A DNA stretch of 31,661 bases from a virus: IMG/VR virus record IMGVR_UViG_3300016484_000355, one strand, 5' to 3'. The notes under the pieces are model-generated. The model ran no database searches. It was not told where the DNA came from and was given only the letters and a program-made list of their open reading frames with translations. This document shows positions 1 to 8,523 of this stretch, piece by piece. The position numbers and the translations under genes are program-made. The stretch's first letter is position 1; each line of letters opens with the position of its first letter.

Positions 1-22
1 CTTATGATGGTCATTCGTTCAA
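1..22. repeat. Terminal direct repeat, left copy (circular assembly overlap or terminal redundancy)
   Basis: cttatgatggtcattcgttcaa at 1-22 is identical to 31640-31661. An ORF reads through the junction in frame. Confidence 0.9.
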
Positions 23-38
23 ATATATCCAAGAATGA
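1..38 (+). CDS. 3' end of the wrap-around tail protein CDS that starts at 29323
   Basis: The frame carried across the 22-nt overlap reads tat gat ggt cat tcg ttc aaa tat atc caa gaa tga (stop 36-38). This forms an ATGA overlap with the next gene start at 35. Confidence 0.8.
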   Translation, partial: YDGHSFKYIQE

Positions 39-742
39 ACGATGGTAAAGTAGTAAGAGGGTCTAATATGATTGCCTCTATAAAGGTCAATGGCAATTAC
101 TATCCGGTATTTTGTGCCAAGTCATGCTCTTTTGAGCTGACTAATGAGATTATAAATAGGACCTCTGTTAACGATGGCCTCTTTACAAAAAGGAGAATTA
201 GAAGAACAGACTGGTCCGGCTCTGCCTCTGGGGTGTTAGTTACAGACAACAACGGAGACAGATATAGTCCTTTTTACTTAATGCAAGAATCGGTAAGGAG
301 GTCAACCTTAGAGTGGCAGTTTGAGTTTACTAACTTAGATGGGGATATCAGAACGATTGAGGGAGAGGCTTTGATACAGAACTTACCTATCTCTGGGGAT
401 GTCCAATCATTTGTCCAGTGTACGGTTAACATTATCGGTACAGGGGCATTCTTAATGGATGTCAGCCCATCTAGCCCATCGTTTGATGAGGATGTCGATT
501 CTGACTACTGGTCAACAGTTGCAGGGCAAAACGCAATACAAGGCTTGTCATTTTATGGCAAGTCATTACAAGGCAAGACCATCCTAGCCATCGCTAGAGA
601 GGGTACTGTCTATGATCCTATCACTACGGGAAGTCCATCAAATAGGACTGCGCTATTTAATAGTGCATTAGGAAGGATCACATTTGATTCAAATATACCT
701 TTTAACCCAGGCGAGACAGTCTGGGCAATGTGGAAAGACTAA
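35..742 (+). CDS. Tail/baseplate structural protein, 235 aa
   Basis: Translationally coupled (ATGA) to the hub-like protein and lies in the tail module. The N-terminal half loosely resembles tube/Dit-like proteins (weak impression). The C-terminal part is paralogous to the next ORF (motif G-x-I-x-FD-x-NIPF). Confidence 0.6.
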   Translation: MNDGKVVRGSNMIASIKVNGNYYPVFCAKSCSFELTNEIINRTSVNDGLFTKRRIRRTDWSGSASGVLVTDNNGDRYSPFYLMQESVRRSTLEWQFEFTNLDGDIRTIEGEALIQNLPISGDVQSFVQCTVNIIGTGAFLMDVSPSSPSFDEDVDSDYWSTVAGQNAIQGLSFYGKSLQGKTILAIAREGTVYDPITTGSPSNRTALFNSALGRITFDSNIPFNPGETVWAMWKD

Positions 743-993
743 TGACATTAAGAGAAACATATTACCCAATACCGGGAGAGAGCAGTATTTTTGATGGGGC
801 TATCGCCTATGTCAAAATGCTATTTGTAGCTCGTAGTGGTGTGGAGTTTGATGTGTTGACAAGCCCTAATGATATTATTATTAATACAAGGCAAGTCCAT
901 TACAATCCATCTACTGGGGTTATTCAGTTTGATCCTAATATACCTTTTGAAGAACAAGAATCAATAAACATAGTATATGATACGAATATTTAA
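730..993 (+). CDS. Small baseplate-associated protein, 87 aa, paralogue of the C-terminal domain of the preceding protein
   Basis: Overlapping start. GVIQFDPNIPFEEQE matches GRITFDSNIPFNPGE of the upstream protein. Confidence 0.6.
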   Translation: MERLMTLRETYYPIPGESSIFDGAIAYVKMLFVARSGVEFDVLTSPNDIIINTRQVHYNPSTGVIQFDPNIPFEEQESINIVYDTNI

Positions 994-3900
994 GCTCGTT
1001 TTACTTTTAGTAGTTAGTCAGGTAGCTTTTGGGCAAGCTCCATCAAATTATACCAATATCAATGGTCGTTACCGTTGGATTGCTGGTATGTTTGACTCTA
1101 CCTTCCACATCCCTAAAGGAACAAGCCCAAGTTTAAGGACCGGTGGTTCTACTAATGCTGGGGGGTTATTTTATAATACCTCAGATTCAAGTGTTTATAC
1201 TTATACTGGAACACAATGGATTAAAGTCAGAGGATCTATAAATCCATCAGACACAACTAACAAATATGTTACCCAAGTATATAAAAAGAATGGGTCTGAC
1301 TCTGTCTTTTATGTAAAAGGGGGTATTCACACATGGGCTTTTAATGATAGCACTGGTTCTCCCGGTGGTGGAGGAGGAGGTAAGGTTTATTACTTTAATG
1401 GAGGTGTCAGCATGGGCACTTTTGGGGGCTTTACCATGTATGAATTAGGAGATACTGCCAATACTGGGGCTGCTGCCAACTTTACAAGGGCAACCACTGG
1501 GGCAATAGCTAATTTTATAACTGATCCTAATAAGCCAGGATTACTACAAATTCCTGCTGGTTCTTGGACTATTGATGCTTGGATGAGTGAGACTGGAAGT
1601 GGGGCTAACCATGCTCAGGTTTGGGCTGTATTAGAAAAGTGGAATGGCTCTACAATTACAACTATTGCGACTAGCCCAATTGAGGAAATTACTGAAGGTA
1701 ATAGTCCTAATCTTTATACTTGGGCAATATCTGTTCCAACTACTTCTTTATTAGTAACAGATAGGATTATCATTCAATTTTATATCACTAACACTAATGG
1801 TAAGACAGTTACTTTATATACTCAAAATGGGTATGTGGGTGAGGTACATACAACCTTTACCACTGGTATAGGTGCGATTAATGGATTGACTGCTCCAGCT
1901 CAATATTTAGTTACTGGCACATCTGGTACAGACTTTAACATAAACTCTGTTACTGCTACTCATACTTTTAATTTACCTACTGCCTCGGCTACTAATAGGG
2001 GTGCTTTGTCAAGTGCAGATTGGACTACATTTAACAACAAAATTAGCCCAGCAGATACAGCCTCTATGTTATCTCCATATTTAAGAAAAATTGATACAGC
2101 CTCTTTGAGCAATAGAATCAACACTAAGCTAAATATTTCCGATACCGCGACAATGCTAGGCAACTACGTTAATAACGTAGGCTATGGCTTATCTAAAGTT
2201 AGCCAAGTGGTCAGTGCTGACTCTGCTACTTTAGCATCCTACTTTTTAAGGAGAAAGGATAGTTTGACCAGCACAAACCTACTTGGATATGTTACTCGCA
2301 ACGTTTTAGCCGACACAGCTTCCGCTATTAGAAGTGCAGATGCTGGGGGAACTGTTACTTCAGTCGCTACTAACAATGGAACAGGTATAACAGGTGGAAC
2401 TTTTACTACTTCTGGCACAATAGCGGCTGATACTTTGGTATTATCAACAAGAGCTTGGAGACAGAAAGGTATAGATTCAGTACAAGGTAACCTGACTGCT
2501 GGTCTGGCTTTGAAATTAAATATTTCGGACACTGCTAATATGTTAAACCCTTATCTGCGTAAGGTAGATACAGCCTCTTTGAGCAATCGCATAAACACTA
2601 AGCTAAATATCTCTGACACCGCGACAATGCTAGGCAACTATGTTAATAATGTAGGCTATGGTTTAGCAAAATCTGGTCAAGTAGTGAGAGCTGATTCTGC
2701 GACATTAGCATCTTACTTTTTAAGGAGAAAAGATAGTTTGACTGCTACAAACTTACTAGGCTATGTAACTGGCAAGATACTAGCTGATACCGCTGCGGCT
2801 GTAAGGGCTGCTGCTGGGGCTGGTACTATTGGTGGATCGGGAACTGCTAACAGAGTGTCTAAGTTTACTGCATCGGGAACTATTGGAAATAGCTCAATAG
2901 TAGATTCTAGCTCTAGTGTAGCCATGTCTATCTCTAGTGCCGGAAATATAGGGGTAGGTATAACACCTAGTAACTGGGCTACTAACTATAAAGCCTTTCA
3001 GTTCAATAATACCTCTTTAGCTACATTTACAGGCTTAAATGAGCAGGCAAATCTAGCCTTGAACTGGTATGCGGATAGTGGTGGAGATAAGTACTATTAC
3101 AATGGTGCATCTTCACTTTACCAACAAAGTAATGGTAATCACTTTTTCTATACTGCTCCTACTGGTACTGCTAATAATTCAATCACATTTAGTCAGCGTT
3201 TTGGTGTTTACAATGATGGTAAAGTAGCAGTTGGCTTAACCTCATCAGATAGTTTATTTTCTGTTACTCAGGGGGTGCATTTACAAAGAGGGGTAAGGCT
3301 ATCAGGACTTCCCACAGGCGTAGGCACAAAAGCTCTTAGAATAGATGCCAATGGTACTTTATCTATCGCAGACACTACTACTGGTGGTGGCATAGGCGGA
3401 TCAGGTACTATAAATAGACTAGCCAAGTTCACAGCTTCGGGAACGATAGGTAACTCATCTATTGCTGACTCTAGCTCTAGTGTGGCTATGACTATATCTA
3501 GTGGGGGAAATCTTGGGATTGGAACTACAACAGTTAATGCAAAATTGAATATTTATAGTGCTGATGTAGCTAATAATGTTCAGTTAAGAATACAACAAGG
3601 CTCACGTCAATATTGGGACTTCATTACTACACAAAATGAAAGTTTAACATTAAAACCTCAAAATTCAACCTCTACTGAAGTCCCTAATTTTGTAATACAA
3701 AATTCAACTGGAACTACAAGATTTTTAGTTAATACTAATAGTGGAAATGTAGGTATAAATACGACTACCATAGGCTCTCAATTCCAAGTCAATGGCAACG
3801 CAGCCATAGGATATAGTGCAAGTACTGCTGCTCCTACAAATGGATTAGCGGTGTCAGGTAACGTTGGAATCGGACAAAATACTGCTACTAAGAGATTAGA

Positions 3901-5566
3901 GGTAGCTGGTTCCGCTGTCTTTACTGGAACTGGTTTTGATGGTACAAGTGCCGAAATTCAACTAAACAACACCACCGCAACAACAGGTAGAAATTTTGTA
4001 TTAAATTCAATAAATGCGGGTGGATTTCAAATAGCAGATAAAACAGCATCTGGAGCAACAAGATTTATTATAACAAGTGGGGGGAATGTAGGTATTGGAA
4101 CTACGGCTCCTACCACATATACAGGATATACAACTTTAGCAATAAATAATACAACAAATGGTGGTGTAATAGATTTAATGAGTAATGGTGTAGTCACTGG
4201 TCAAATAAATAATAGCGCTTCTATCGTTAATGTTAATTCAGTTACTGCAATTCCTTTAGCATTTAGTACTAATAGTACAGAAAGGATGCGTATTAATTCA
4301 ACTGGCTCAGTATTTATAGGTAACGGAGAAACAAGTGGCACTCCCTCTTTAGGAATAATCTCAGGAACAGGTGGTACAGGTACAAACATAGCAGGAGCAG
4401 AGTTTAGGATTAGAGGTGGTGCTTCTACTGGGTCAGGAGCAGGAGGGCCTATAACATTCTATACGAGTGCAGCGGGAAGTGCTGGTACAGGGGTTAATGC
4501 TGCTACACAAGTAGCAATTATAGATACAAGAGGGAATATGGGTATTGGTGTTACCCCTATTGCTTGGACAAGTATTGATAAAGTTTTGGAAATTGGTAGG
4601 GTTGGTAATTCTATCTTTAGTGGTGGATTAAATGAAACAAGTATTACTGCTAATGCTTATTACACTACCCCAAGTTGGAAATATGGCGCTACTGGTGCTG
4701 CAAATATATTTAGTATTGGATATGGTTCTAATTCTTTTGTTTGGAGAACTGCTGCTAGTGGTACTGGTGGTGCAGCCATTACATTTACTGATGTAATGAC
4801 CTTAAATGCTTCGGGCAACCTCGGTATCGGAACTACAACCATAGGCAGCCGTTTGCAGGTCAACGGAAACGCAGCCATAGGATATTCAGCAAGTACCGCA
4901 GCACCTACGAATGGGTTAGCGGTAAGTGGGGATGTAGCTATTGGAACAAATACAGCTTCAACAATAGCTGGTTATACTGGTTTAACTACAAATGGAACAT
5001 CTGGAGCATATCAGTTTTATCAAGTAAATGGAAGTAATGTAGGTAGATTTTTATCTAATTCTACTGATTTTTATTTGGACAATGTAAGCACTGGAAGTTT
5101 AATCTTTAGAACTAATGGTGCTTCACCTACCGAGCGAATGAGAATAACAAGTGGGGGGCAAGTAACACTTTCAACAGGCTCTAATGTATCTGCCATTGCT
5201 CAAACTGGATATTCCCTCACAGGCTCAAATGCATCTTCTCTTATAGACCTTGCAGGAACTTGGAACACCACAGGAAACCCTGCTGCTATAAAGTTAAACA
5301 TCACAAATACTGCTTCGGGTGCAAGTGCAGACCTTATGGAGCTTCAAGTTGGTGGTACAAACCAATTTAGAGTAACAAAGGGTGGTGCTATTGAAACTGA
5401 CAACCCAAGTGGTGGAACTAAAAGACCTTGGAAACTTGGTTCTGTAGTAGAAGCAGGTACTTGGACTATAAATCAAACTACATATGTAGAAGTTGAAATA
5501 GATGGTGTTGCTTATAAATTAGCATTAGTATTAGCAGCCGAACCCAAACCTAAACCAGAAAACTAA
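977..5566 (+). CDS. Giant tail fibre / receptor-binding protein, 1529 aa, repeat-rich
   Basis: Longest ORF, Gly/Thr/Ser/Asn-rich. The motif G-N-[VIL]-G-I-G-T-T recurs about 8 times. There are three pairs of long internal duplications. It sits at the end of the tail module. Confidence 0.8.
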   Translation: MIRIFKLVLLLVVSQVAFGQAPSNYTNINGRYRWIAGMFDSTFHIPKGTSPSLRTGGSTNAGGLFYNTSDSSVYTYTGTQWIKVRGSINPSDTTNKYVTQVYKKNGSDSVFYVKGGIHTWAFNDSTGSPGGGGGGKVYYFNGGVSMGTFGGFTMYELGDTANTGAAANFTRATTGAIANFITDPNKPGLLQIPAGSWTIDAWMSETGSGANHAQVWAVLEKWNGSTITTIATSPIEEITEGNSPNLYTWAISVPTTSLLVTDRIIIQFYITNTNGKTVTLYTQNGYVGEVHTTFTTGIGAINGLTAPAQYLVTGTSGTDFNINSVTATHTFNLPTASATNRGALSSADWTTFNNKISPADTASMLSPYLRKIDTASLSNRINTKLNISDTATMLGNYVNNVGYGLSKVSQVVSADSATLASYFLRRKDSLTSTNLLGYVTRNVLADTASAIRSADAGGTVTSVATNNGTGITGGTFTTSGTIAADTLVLSTRAWRQKGIDSVQGNLTAGLALKLNISDTANMLNPYLRKVDTASLSNRINTKLNISDTATMLGNYVNNVGYGLAKSGQVVRADSATLASYFLRRKDSLTATNLLGYVTGKILADTAAAVRAAAGAGTIGGSGTANRVSKFTASGTIGNSSIVDSSSSVAMSISSAGNIGVGITPSNWATNYKAFQFNNTSLATFTGLNEQANLALNWYADSGGDKYYYNGASSLYQQSNGNHFFYTAPTGTANNSITFSQRFGVYNDGKVAVGLTSSDSLFSVTQGVHLQRGVRLSGLPTGVGTKALRIDANGTLSIADTTTGGGIGGSGTINRLAKFTASGTIGNSSIADSSSSVAMTISSGGNLGIGTTTVNAKLNIYSADVANNVQLRIQQGSRQYWDFITTQNESLTLKPQNSTSTEVPNFVIQNSTGTTRFLVNTNSGNVGINTTTIGSQFQVNGNAAIGYSASTAAPTNGLAVSGNVGIGQNTATKRLEVAGSAVFTGTGFDGTSAEIQLNNTTATTGRNFVLNSINAGGFQIADKTASGATRFIITSGGNVGIGTTAPTTYTGYTTLAINNTTNGGVIDLMSNGVVTGQINNSASIVNVNSVTAIPLAFSTNSTERMRINSTGSVFIGNGETSGTPSLGIISGTGGTGTNIAGAEFRIRGGASTGSGAGGPITFYTSAAGSAGTGVNAATQVAIIDTRGNMGIGVTPIAWTSIDKVLEIGRVGNSIFSGGLNETSITANAYYTTPSWKYGATGAANIFSIGYGSNSFVWRTAASGTGGAAITFTDVMTLNASGNLGIGTTTIGSRLQVNGNAAIGYSASTAAPTNGLAVSGDVAIGTNTASTIAGYTGLTTNGTSGAYQFYQVNGSNVGRFLSNSTDFYLDNVSTGSLIFRTNGASPTERMRITSGGQVTLSTGSNVSAIAQTGYSLTGSNASSLIDLAGTWNTTGNPAAIKLNITNTASGASADLMELQVGGTNQFRVTKGGAIETDNPSGGTKRPWKLGSVVEAGTWTINQTTYVEVEIDGVAYKLALVLAAEPKPKPEN
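2041..2340 (+). repeat. Fibre internal duplication A, copy 1 (NISDTA-ML-PYLRK-DTASLSNRINTKLNISDTATMLGNYVNNVGYGL...LASYFLRRKDSLT)
   Basis: In-frame repeat of copy 2 at an offset of 474 nt. Differences are mostly synonymous. Boundaries are approximate. Confidence 0.8.
2515..2815 (+). repeat. Fibre internal duplication A, copy 2
   Basis: See copy 1. Boundaries are approximate. Confidence 0.8.
2831..2975 (+). repeat. Fibre internal duplication B, copy 1 (GGSGTANRVSKFTASGTIGNSSIVDSSSSVAMSISSAGNIGVG)
   Basis: Matches 3395-3540 (GGSGTINRLAKFTASGTIGNSSIADSSSSVAMTISSGGNLGIG), offset 564 nt, in frame. Confidence 0.8.
3395..3540 (+). repeat. Fibre internal duplication B, copy 2
   Basis: See copy 1. 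Confidence 0.8.
3761..3885 (+). repeat. Fibre internal duplication C, copy 1 (TTIGSQFQVNGNAAIGYSASTAAPTNGLAVSGNVGIG)
   Basis: Matches 4832-4956 (TTIGSRLQVNGNAAIGYSASTAAPTNGLAVSGDVAIG), offset 1071 nt, in frame. Confidence 0.8.
4832..4956 (+). repeat. Fibre internal duplication C, copy 2
   Basis: See copy 1. Confidence 0.8.
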
Positions 5567-5572
5567 ACAAAT

Positions 5573-5956
5573 ATGAAACACTTACTGACAATCCTTGCTC
5601 TCGCGACTTGCTTAACAAGCAATGCTGAAATCTCTGCTGGTACTGCTAGCTCTACTAATGACACTTTAGTAGTAGTTCCCTATGCAATCTTAATCCAGCC
5701 TATCCTAATAAATGCCTTGACTAAGGACACAGCCTATCAAGTGATGTGGAATGTGCAAAACATTAGCCGAGACACTGCTCAGGGTAGCCCTTGCAATGTA
5801 ACCTTTTACAACCGCCAAGGGGGTGGTATCTACACAGCTTATTGCTTTATCCCAAAGGAAATCATTAAAAATTGGGGTACTAGCGATGAGATTATTGATT
5901 TGTATATCATAAATTACTTTAATTTAGTACCCATAAACTATAATAAGAAAAAATGA
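5573..5956 (+). CDS. Small exported protein, 127 aa (signal peptide, possible lipoprotein)
   Basis: N-terminus MKHLLTILALATCLTSNAE is a typical Sec or lipoprotein signal. It lies directly after the fibre gene. Confidence 0.6.
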   Translation: MKHLLTILALATCLTSNAEISAGTASSTNDTLVVVPYAILIQPILINALTKDTAYQVMWNVQNISRDTAQGSPCNVTFYNRQGGGIYTAYCFIPKEIIKNWGTSDEIIDLYIINYFNLVPINYNKKK

Positions 5957-6156
5957 AAAAACTACTTCTAATCGCAGCCATTGCTCTTTTGTCCTTTACG
6001 ACCCAAGAGCCTAAGACAGTAACATTAACATTAACAGTAGATGAGGTGAATCTTATCTACATGGGATTGGGTGAACTGCCAGCCAAAGCTAGTGAGCAAC
6101 TTAGATACAAGATTGCCACAGAGGCTCAAAAGCAACTAAATCCCGAAAAAAAGTAA
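5953..6156 (+). CDS. Small exported protein, 67 aa
   Basis: N-terminus MKKLLLIAAIALLSF is signal-peptide-like. ATGA overlap with the upstream gene. Confidence 0.55.
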   Translation: MKKLLLIAAIALLSFTTQEPKTVTLTLTVDEVNLIYMGLGELPAKASEQLRYKIATEAQKQLNPEKK

Positions 6157-6159
6157 ACG

Positions 6160-6378
6160 ATGACACAGAGTTGGATAATATTTATAGTCGGGCAAGCAGC
6201 CGCCTTTGCGATAGCCCTAATTAAGATCTGGAATGACACAGAGGTTAAAATGGCTAGAATGGATGAGAAACTAAAGGTTGCTGAGGATAAGGATGATATT
6301 TTATTCAAAAAGCTCGACCATATATCTATCCAACTAACTGAGTTGTCTATTAATTTATCTAAAAAACAAGACAAATGA
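6160..6378 (+). CDS. Single-TMD membrane protein, 72 aa (holin or antiholin candidate)
   Basis: N-terminal TMD WIIFIVGQAAAFAIALIKIW followed by a charged coiled-coil tail. It is the first gene of the lysis cassette. Confidence 0.5.
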   Translation: MTQSWIIFIVGQAAAFAIALIKIWNDTEVKMARMDEKLKVAEDKDDILFKKLDHISIQLTELSINLSKKQDK

Positions 6379-6599
6379 GTAACTTTTTGAACCTTGACTT
6401 GCAAGACCTGACTAAAGGTTTTGTAGTCGCTTTCCTTAGTGCCTCTCTGACTGGCATCGTAGCTATCTTAGAAACTAGCCAACTGCCTCAAATGAGTGAT
6501 TTGAAAGCCGCTGCCATTGTGGGTCTTACTGCTGGTCTGTCGTATTTATTAAAAAATGTCCTGACTAACTCTCAGGGTCAACTCTTAAAGAAAGACTAA
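6375..6599 (+). CDS. Holin candidate, 74 aa, two TMDs
   Basis: TMDs GFVVAFLSASLTGIVAIL and AAAIVGLTAGLSYLL with a charged C-terminus. ATGA overlap upstream, and adjacent to the spanin and endolysin. Confidence 0.6.
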   Translation: MSNFLNLDLQDLTKGFVVAFLSASLTGIVAILETSQLPQMSDLKAAAIVGLTAGLSYLLKNVLTNSQGQLLKKD

Positions 6600-7093
6600 T
6601 GCGTGTTTTTGTGTTGGCTGGTTTATTGCTTATGGGTTGCAATCCGGGTAAGCAACTATCAAAGGCAGAGGCTAGGCTAGCTCAGGCTGGCCGCCTCCCA
6701 GCTATTTGTGCCGAGAGGTTTCCTAAAAAGGACACTACTTTTATCAAAGACACCATTACCCAAATTGATACTTTCTTATCTGGAGAGTATATCTTCGACA
6801 CAGCCCGAATCAATGATACTTTATACCAAGTTAAGTATAAACCCGTAGTCATTTATAAGACTAAATACATAACCAAAGTAGAAAGGGTTGAGGATGTAGC
6901 CAAGATAGAGGCCTTGCGTGCCTCTGTGAGCCAATTAGAGGCCCAAAAATCGACTTTATCGGCTCAGATGGCAGATTGGAGGGACAAGGCTAAAACCCGC
7001 CTAAATTGGCTTATTTTGGCCTTATGTGTTGGATTTGGGTTTGCTATTAGGAAACCAGTCATGGCTTTAATTTCACACTATACAAAATGGTAA
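6599..7093 (+). CDS. Unimolecular spanin (u-spanin) candidate, 164 aa
   Basis: Lipobox LLMGC (Cys14) at the N-terminus plus a C-terminal TMD LNWLILALCVGFGFAI. It sits between the holin and the endolysin. Confidence 0.6.
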   Translation: MRVFVLAGLLLMGCNPGKQLSKAEARLAQAGRLPAICAERFPKKDTTFIKDTITQIDTFLSGEYIFDTARINDTLYQVKYKPVVIYKTKYITKVERVEDVAKIEALRASVSQLEAQKSTLSAQMADWRDKAKTRLNWLILALCVGFGFAIRKPVMALISHYTKW

Positions 7094-7506
7094 CCTCTAG
7101 CCAAGCGTTAAAAAAGTACGGAGAGCCTAGTCAATCAAACCCTAACATGATTCTTTGGGATGTGCCTGCTCATTTAGAGATAGGGGTAATCCCAAAACGT
7201 ATATACTGCAACAAAGACCTAGTTAAACCTCTAGAAGCCGCTTTTAAGGCTCTAATAGATACTGGTCGTGTAACAGAGCTAAAGACCTGGGATGGGTGCT
7301 TTAATATCCGTAAGAAAAGAGGTCTAAGCTCTATGAGCCTCCACTCTTGGGGGATAGCCATAGATGTCAACGCTTTTGAGAACGGACTAGGCAAACAACC
7401 CAAATTAAGTCCTGAGTTTGTCAAATGTTTTACCGATAACGGATTTATCTGGGGTGGTACTTGGAGGCGGCTCGATGGGATGCACTTTGAATTAGCCAAG
7501 ATTTAA
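7087..7506 (+). CDS. Endolysin, peptidase M15 (VanY / D-Ala-D-Ala carboxypeptidase-like zinc peptidase)
   Basis: Zinc-ligand pattern SLHSWGIAIDVN (H-x6-D) and DGMHFE. Size and lysis-cassette context fit. Confidence 0.8.
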   Translation: MVTSSQALKKYGEPSQSNPNMILWDVPAHLEIGVIPKRIYCNKDLVKPLEAAFKALIDTGRVTELKTWDGCFNIRKKRGLSSMSLHSWGIAIDVNAFENGLGKQPKLSPEFVKCFTDNGFIWGGTWRRLDGMHFELAKI

Positions 7507-7530
7507 TTGGCTGTCTCGATATTTTGGTTT

Positions 7531-7538
7531 TAATTTTG
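7531..7538 (+). promoter_or_regulatory. Bacteroidota-type -7 promoter box TAATTTTG
   Basis: Matches TAnnTTTG, 14 nt upstream of the ATG at 7552, in a 45-nt intergenic gap. No clear -33 TTTG. Confidence 0.4.
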
Positions 7539-7551
7539 TAAAACCCTTTAC

Positions 7552-8523
7552 ATGACCAAGATCTCTGTGGTTAGACAATATCGGGATAAATATCCTGACT
7601 TCCCTAACCTCAAACTAGCTCGGATAATCTATGCCGAGAATAAAGAACTATTTACTACAGTAGATACTGTCAGAGGTTACATTAGACAAATCCAAGGACA
7701 AAAAGGTAGCAGTGATAGAACCATCCAAACCCATAAACAAGGACCAAGACCTCTTAATCCTTACAAACTACCTGAGTCTGATGAGTCAACTTTCGAGCCT
7801 TACAATGTCAAAGCCAAGCGAATACTTGGACTATTCGACATCCATGCCCCCTATCATTCCATTCCGGCATTAACAGCCGCCCTAGATTACGCAAAGAAAG
7901 AGAAACCAGATGCAGTCATCCTAGGAGGTGATTTGTTCGACTTTCATGGCCTATCTAGGTTTCTAAGAGACCCTAGAAAGAAAAACTTTGCTACAGAGTT
8001 ATCAATAGGCTGTCAGGTTATAGAGGTTATCCAAAAGACCCTAAACTGTCAAATCTATTTTAAGTTTGGTAACCATGATGAGAGATACCAGCACTACCTT
8101 TGGCAGAAACTAGGGGAGTTGCAAGGGGTAGAGGACTTTGAATTAGAGAACCTGATTAAAAAAAGAGTCTCTGGGGTTAAGTTTATCACAGACAAAAGGA
8201 TTATAAAGGCTAACGACTTAAACATCGTGCATGGCCACGAGTTTGCTAGTTCTATCATTAGTCCGGTTAATATAGCCAGAGGTTTGTATCTTAGAGCCAA
8301 AGCTAATACTATTTGCGGTCATCATCACCGATCATCAGAACACACAGAACAAAATATTGAGGGTAAGATAGTAACAACTTGGTCGGTGGGTTGTCTATCA
8401 GAGTTGCATCCTCAATATATGCCCATAAATAGTTGGAATCATGGCTTTATTCTTATAGATTTACATGGTAACAAAGATTTTGAAGTAAGGAATAAAAGAA
8501 TCTGGAAAGGGCAAGTATTATGA
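7552..8523 (+). CDS. Calcineurin-like metallophosphoesterase, 323 aa, with an N-terminal extension of about 80 aa
   Basis: Motifs FDIHAPYH, GGDLFDFHG, GNHDERY, VHGHE and CGHHHR. Confidence 0.75.
   Translation: MTKISVVRQYRDKYPDFPNLKLARIIYAENKELFTTVDTVRGYIRQIQGQKGSSDRTIQTHKQGPRPLNPYKLPESDESTFEPYNVKAKRILGLFDIHAPYHSIPALTAALDYAKKEKPDAVILGGDLFDFHGLSRFLRDPRKKNFATELSIGCQVIEVIQKTLNCQIYFKFGNHDERYQHYLWQKLGELQGVEDFELENLIKKRVSGVKFITDKRIIKANDLNIVHGHEFASSIISPVNIARGLYLRAKANTICGHHHRSSEHTEQNIEGKIVTTWSVGCLSELHPQYMPINSWNHGFILIDLHGNKDFEVRNKRIWKGQVL

Noticed and set aside
1-22. The 22-nt terminal repeats as attL/attR, or as the ends of a prophage or transposon
   Set aside because: The junction restores an uninterrupted 784-aa ORF and an ATGA coupling site. 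No integrase, transposase or flanking host genes are present.
2041-2815. The near-identical ~300-nt repeats in the fibre gene as a diversity-generating retroelement TR/VR pair
   Set aside because: No reverse transcriptase is present anywhere in the genome. Both copies are in frame within the CDS. Differences are scattered and mostly synonymous, not confined to adenine positions.
1960-5476. Five minus-strand ORFs of 60-97 aa inside the fibre gene (1960-2163, 2239-2532, 4201-4389, 4660-4878, 5294-5476)
   Set aside because: All are antisense shadows within a long, clearly coding, repeat-rich + strand ORF. They have no independent start context or coupling signals.
7170-7499. 109-aa minus-strand ORF opposite the endolysin gene
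   Set aside because: The + strand product has clear M15 peptidase motifs, so the antisense ORF is a shadow.
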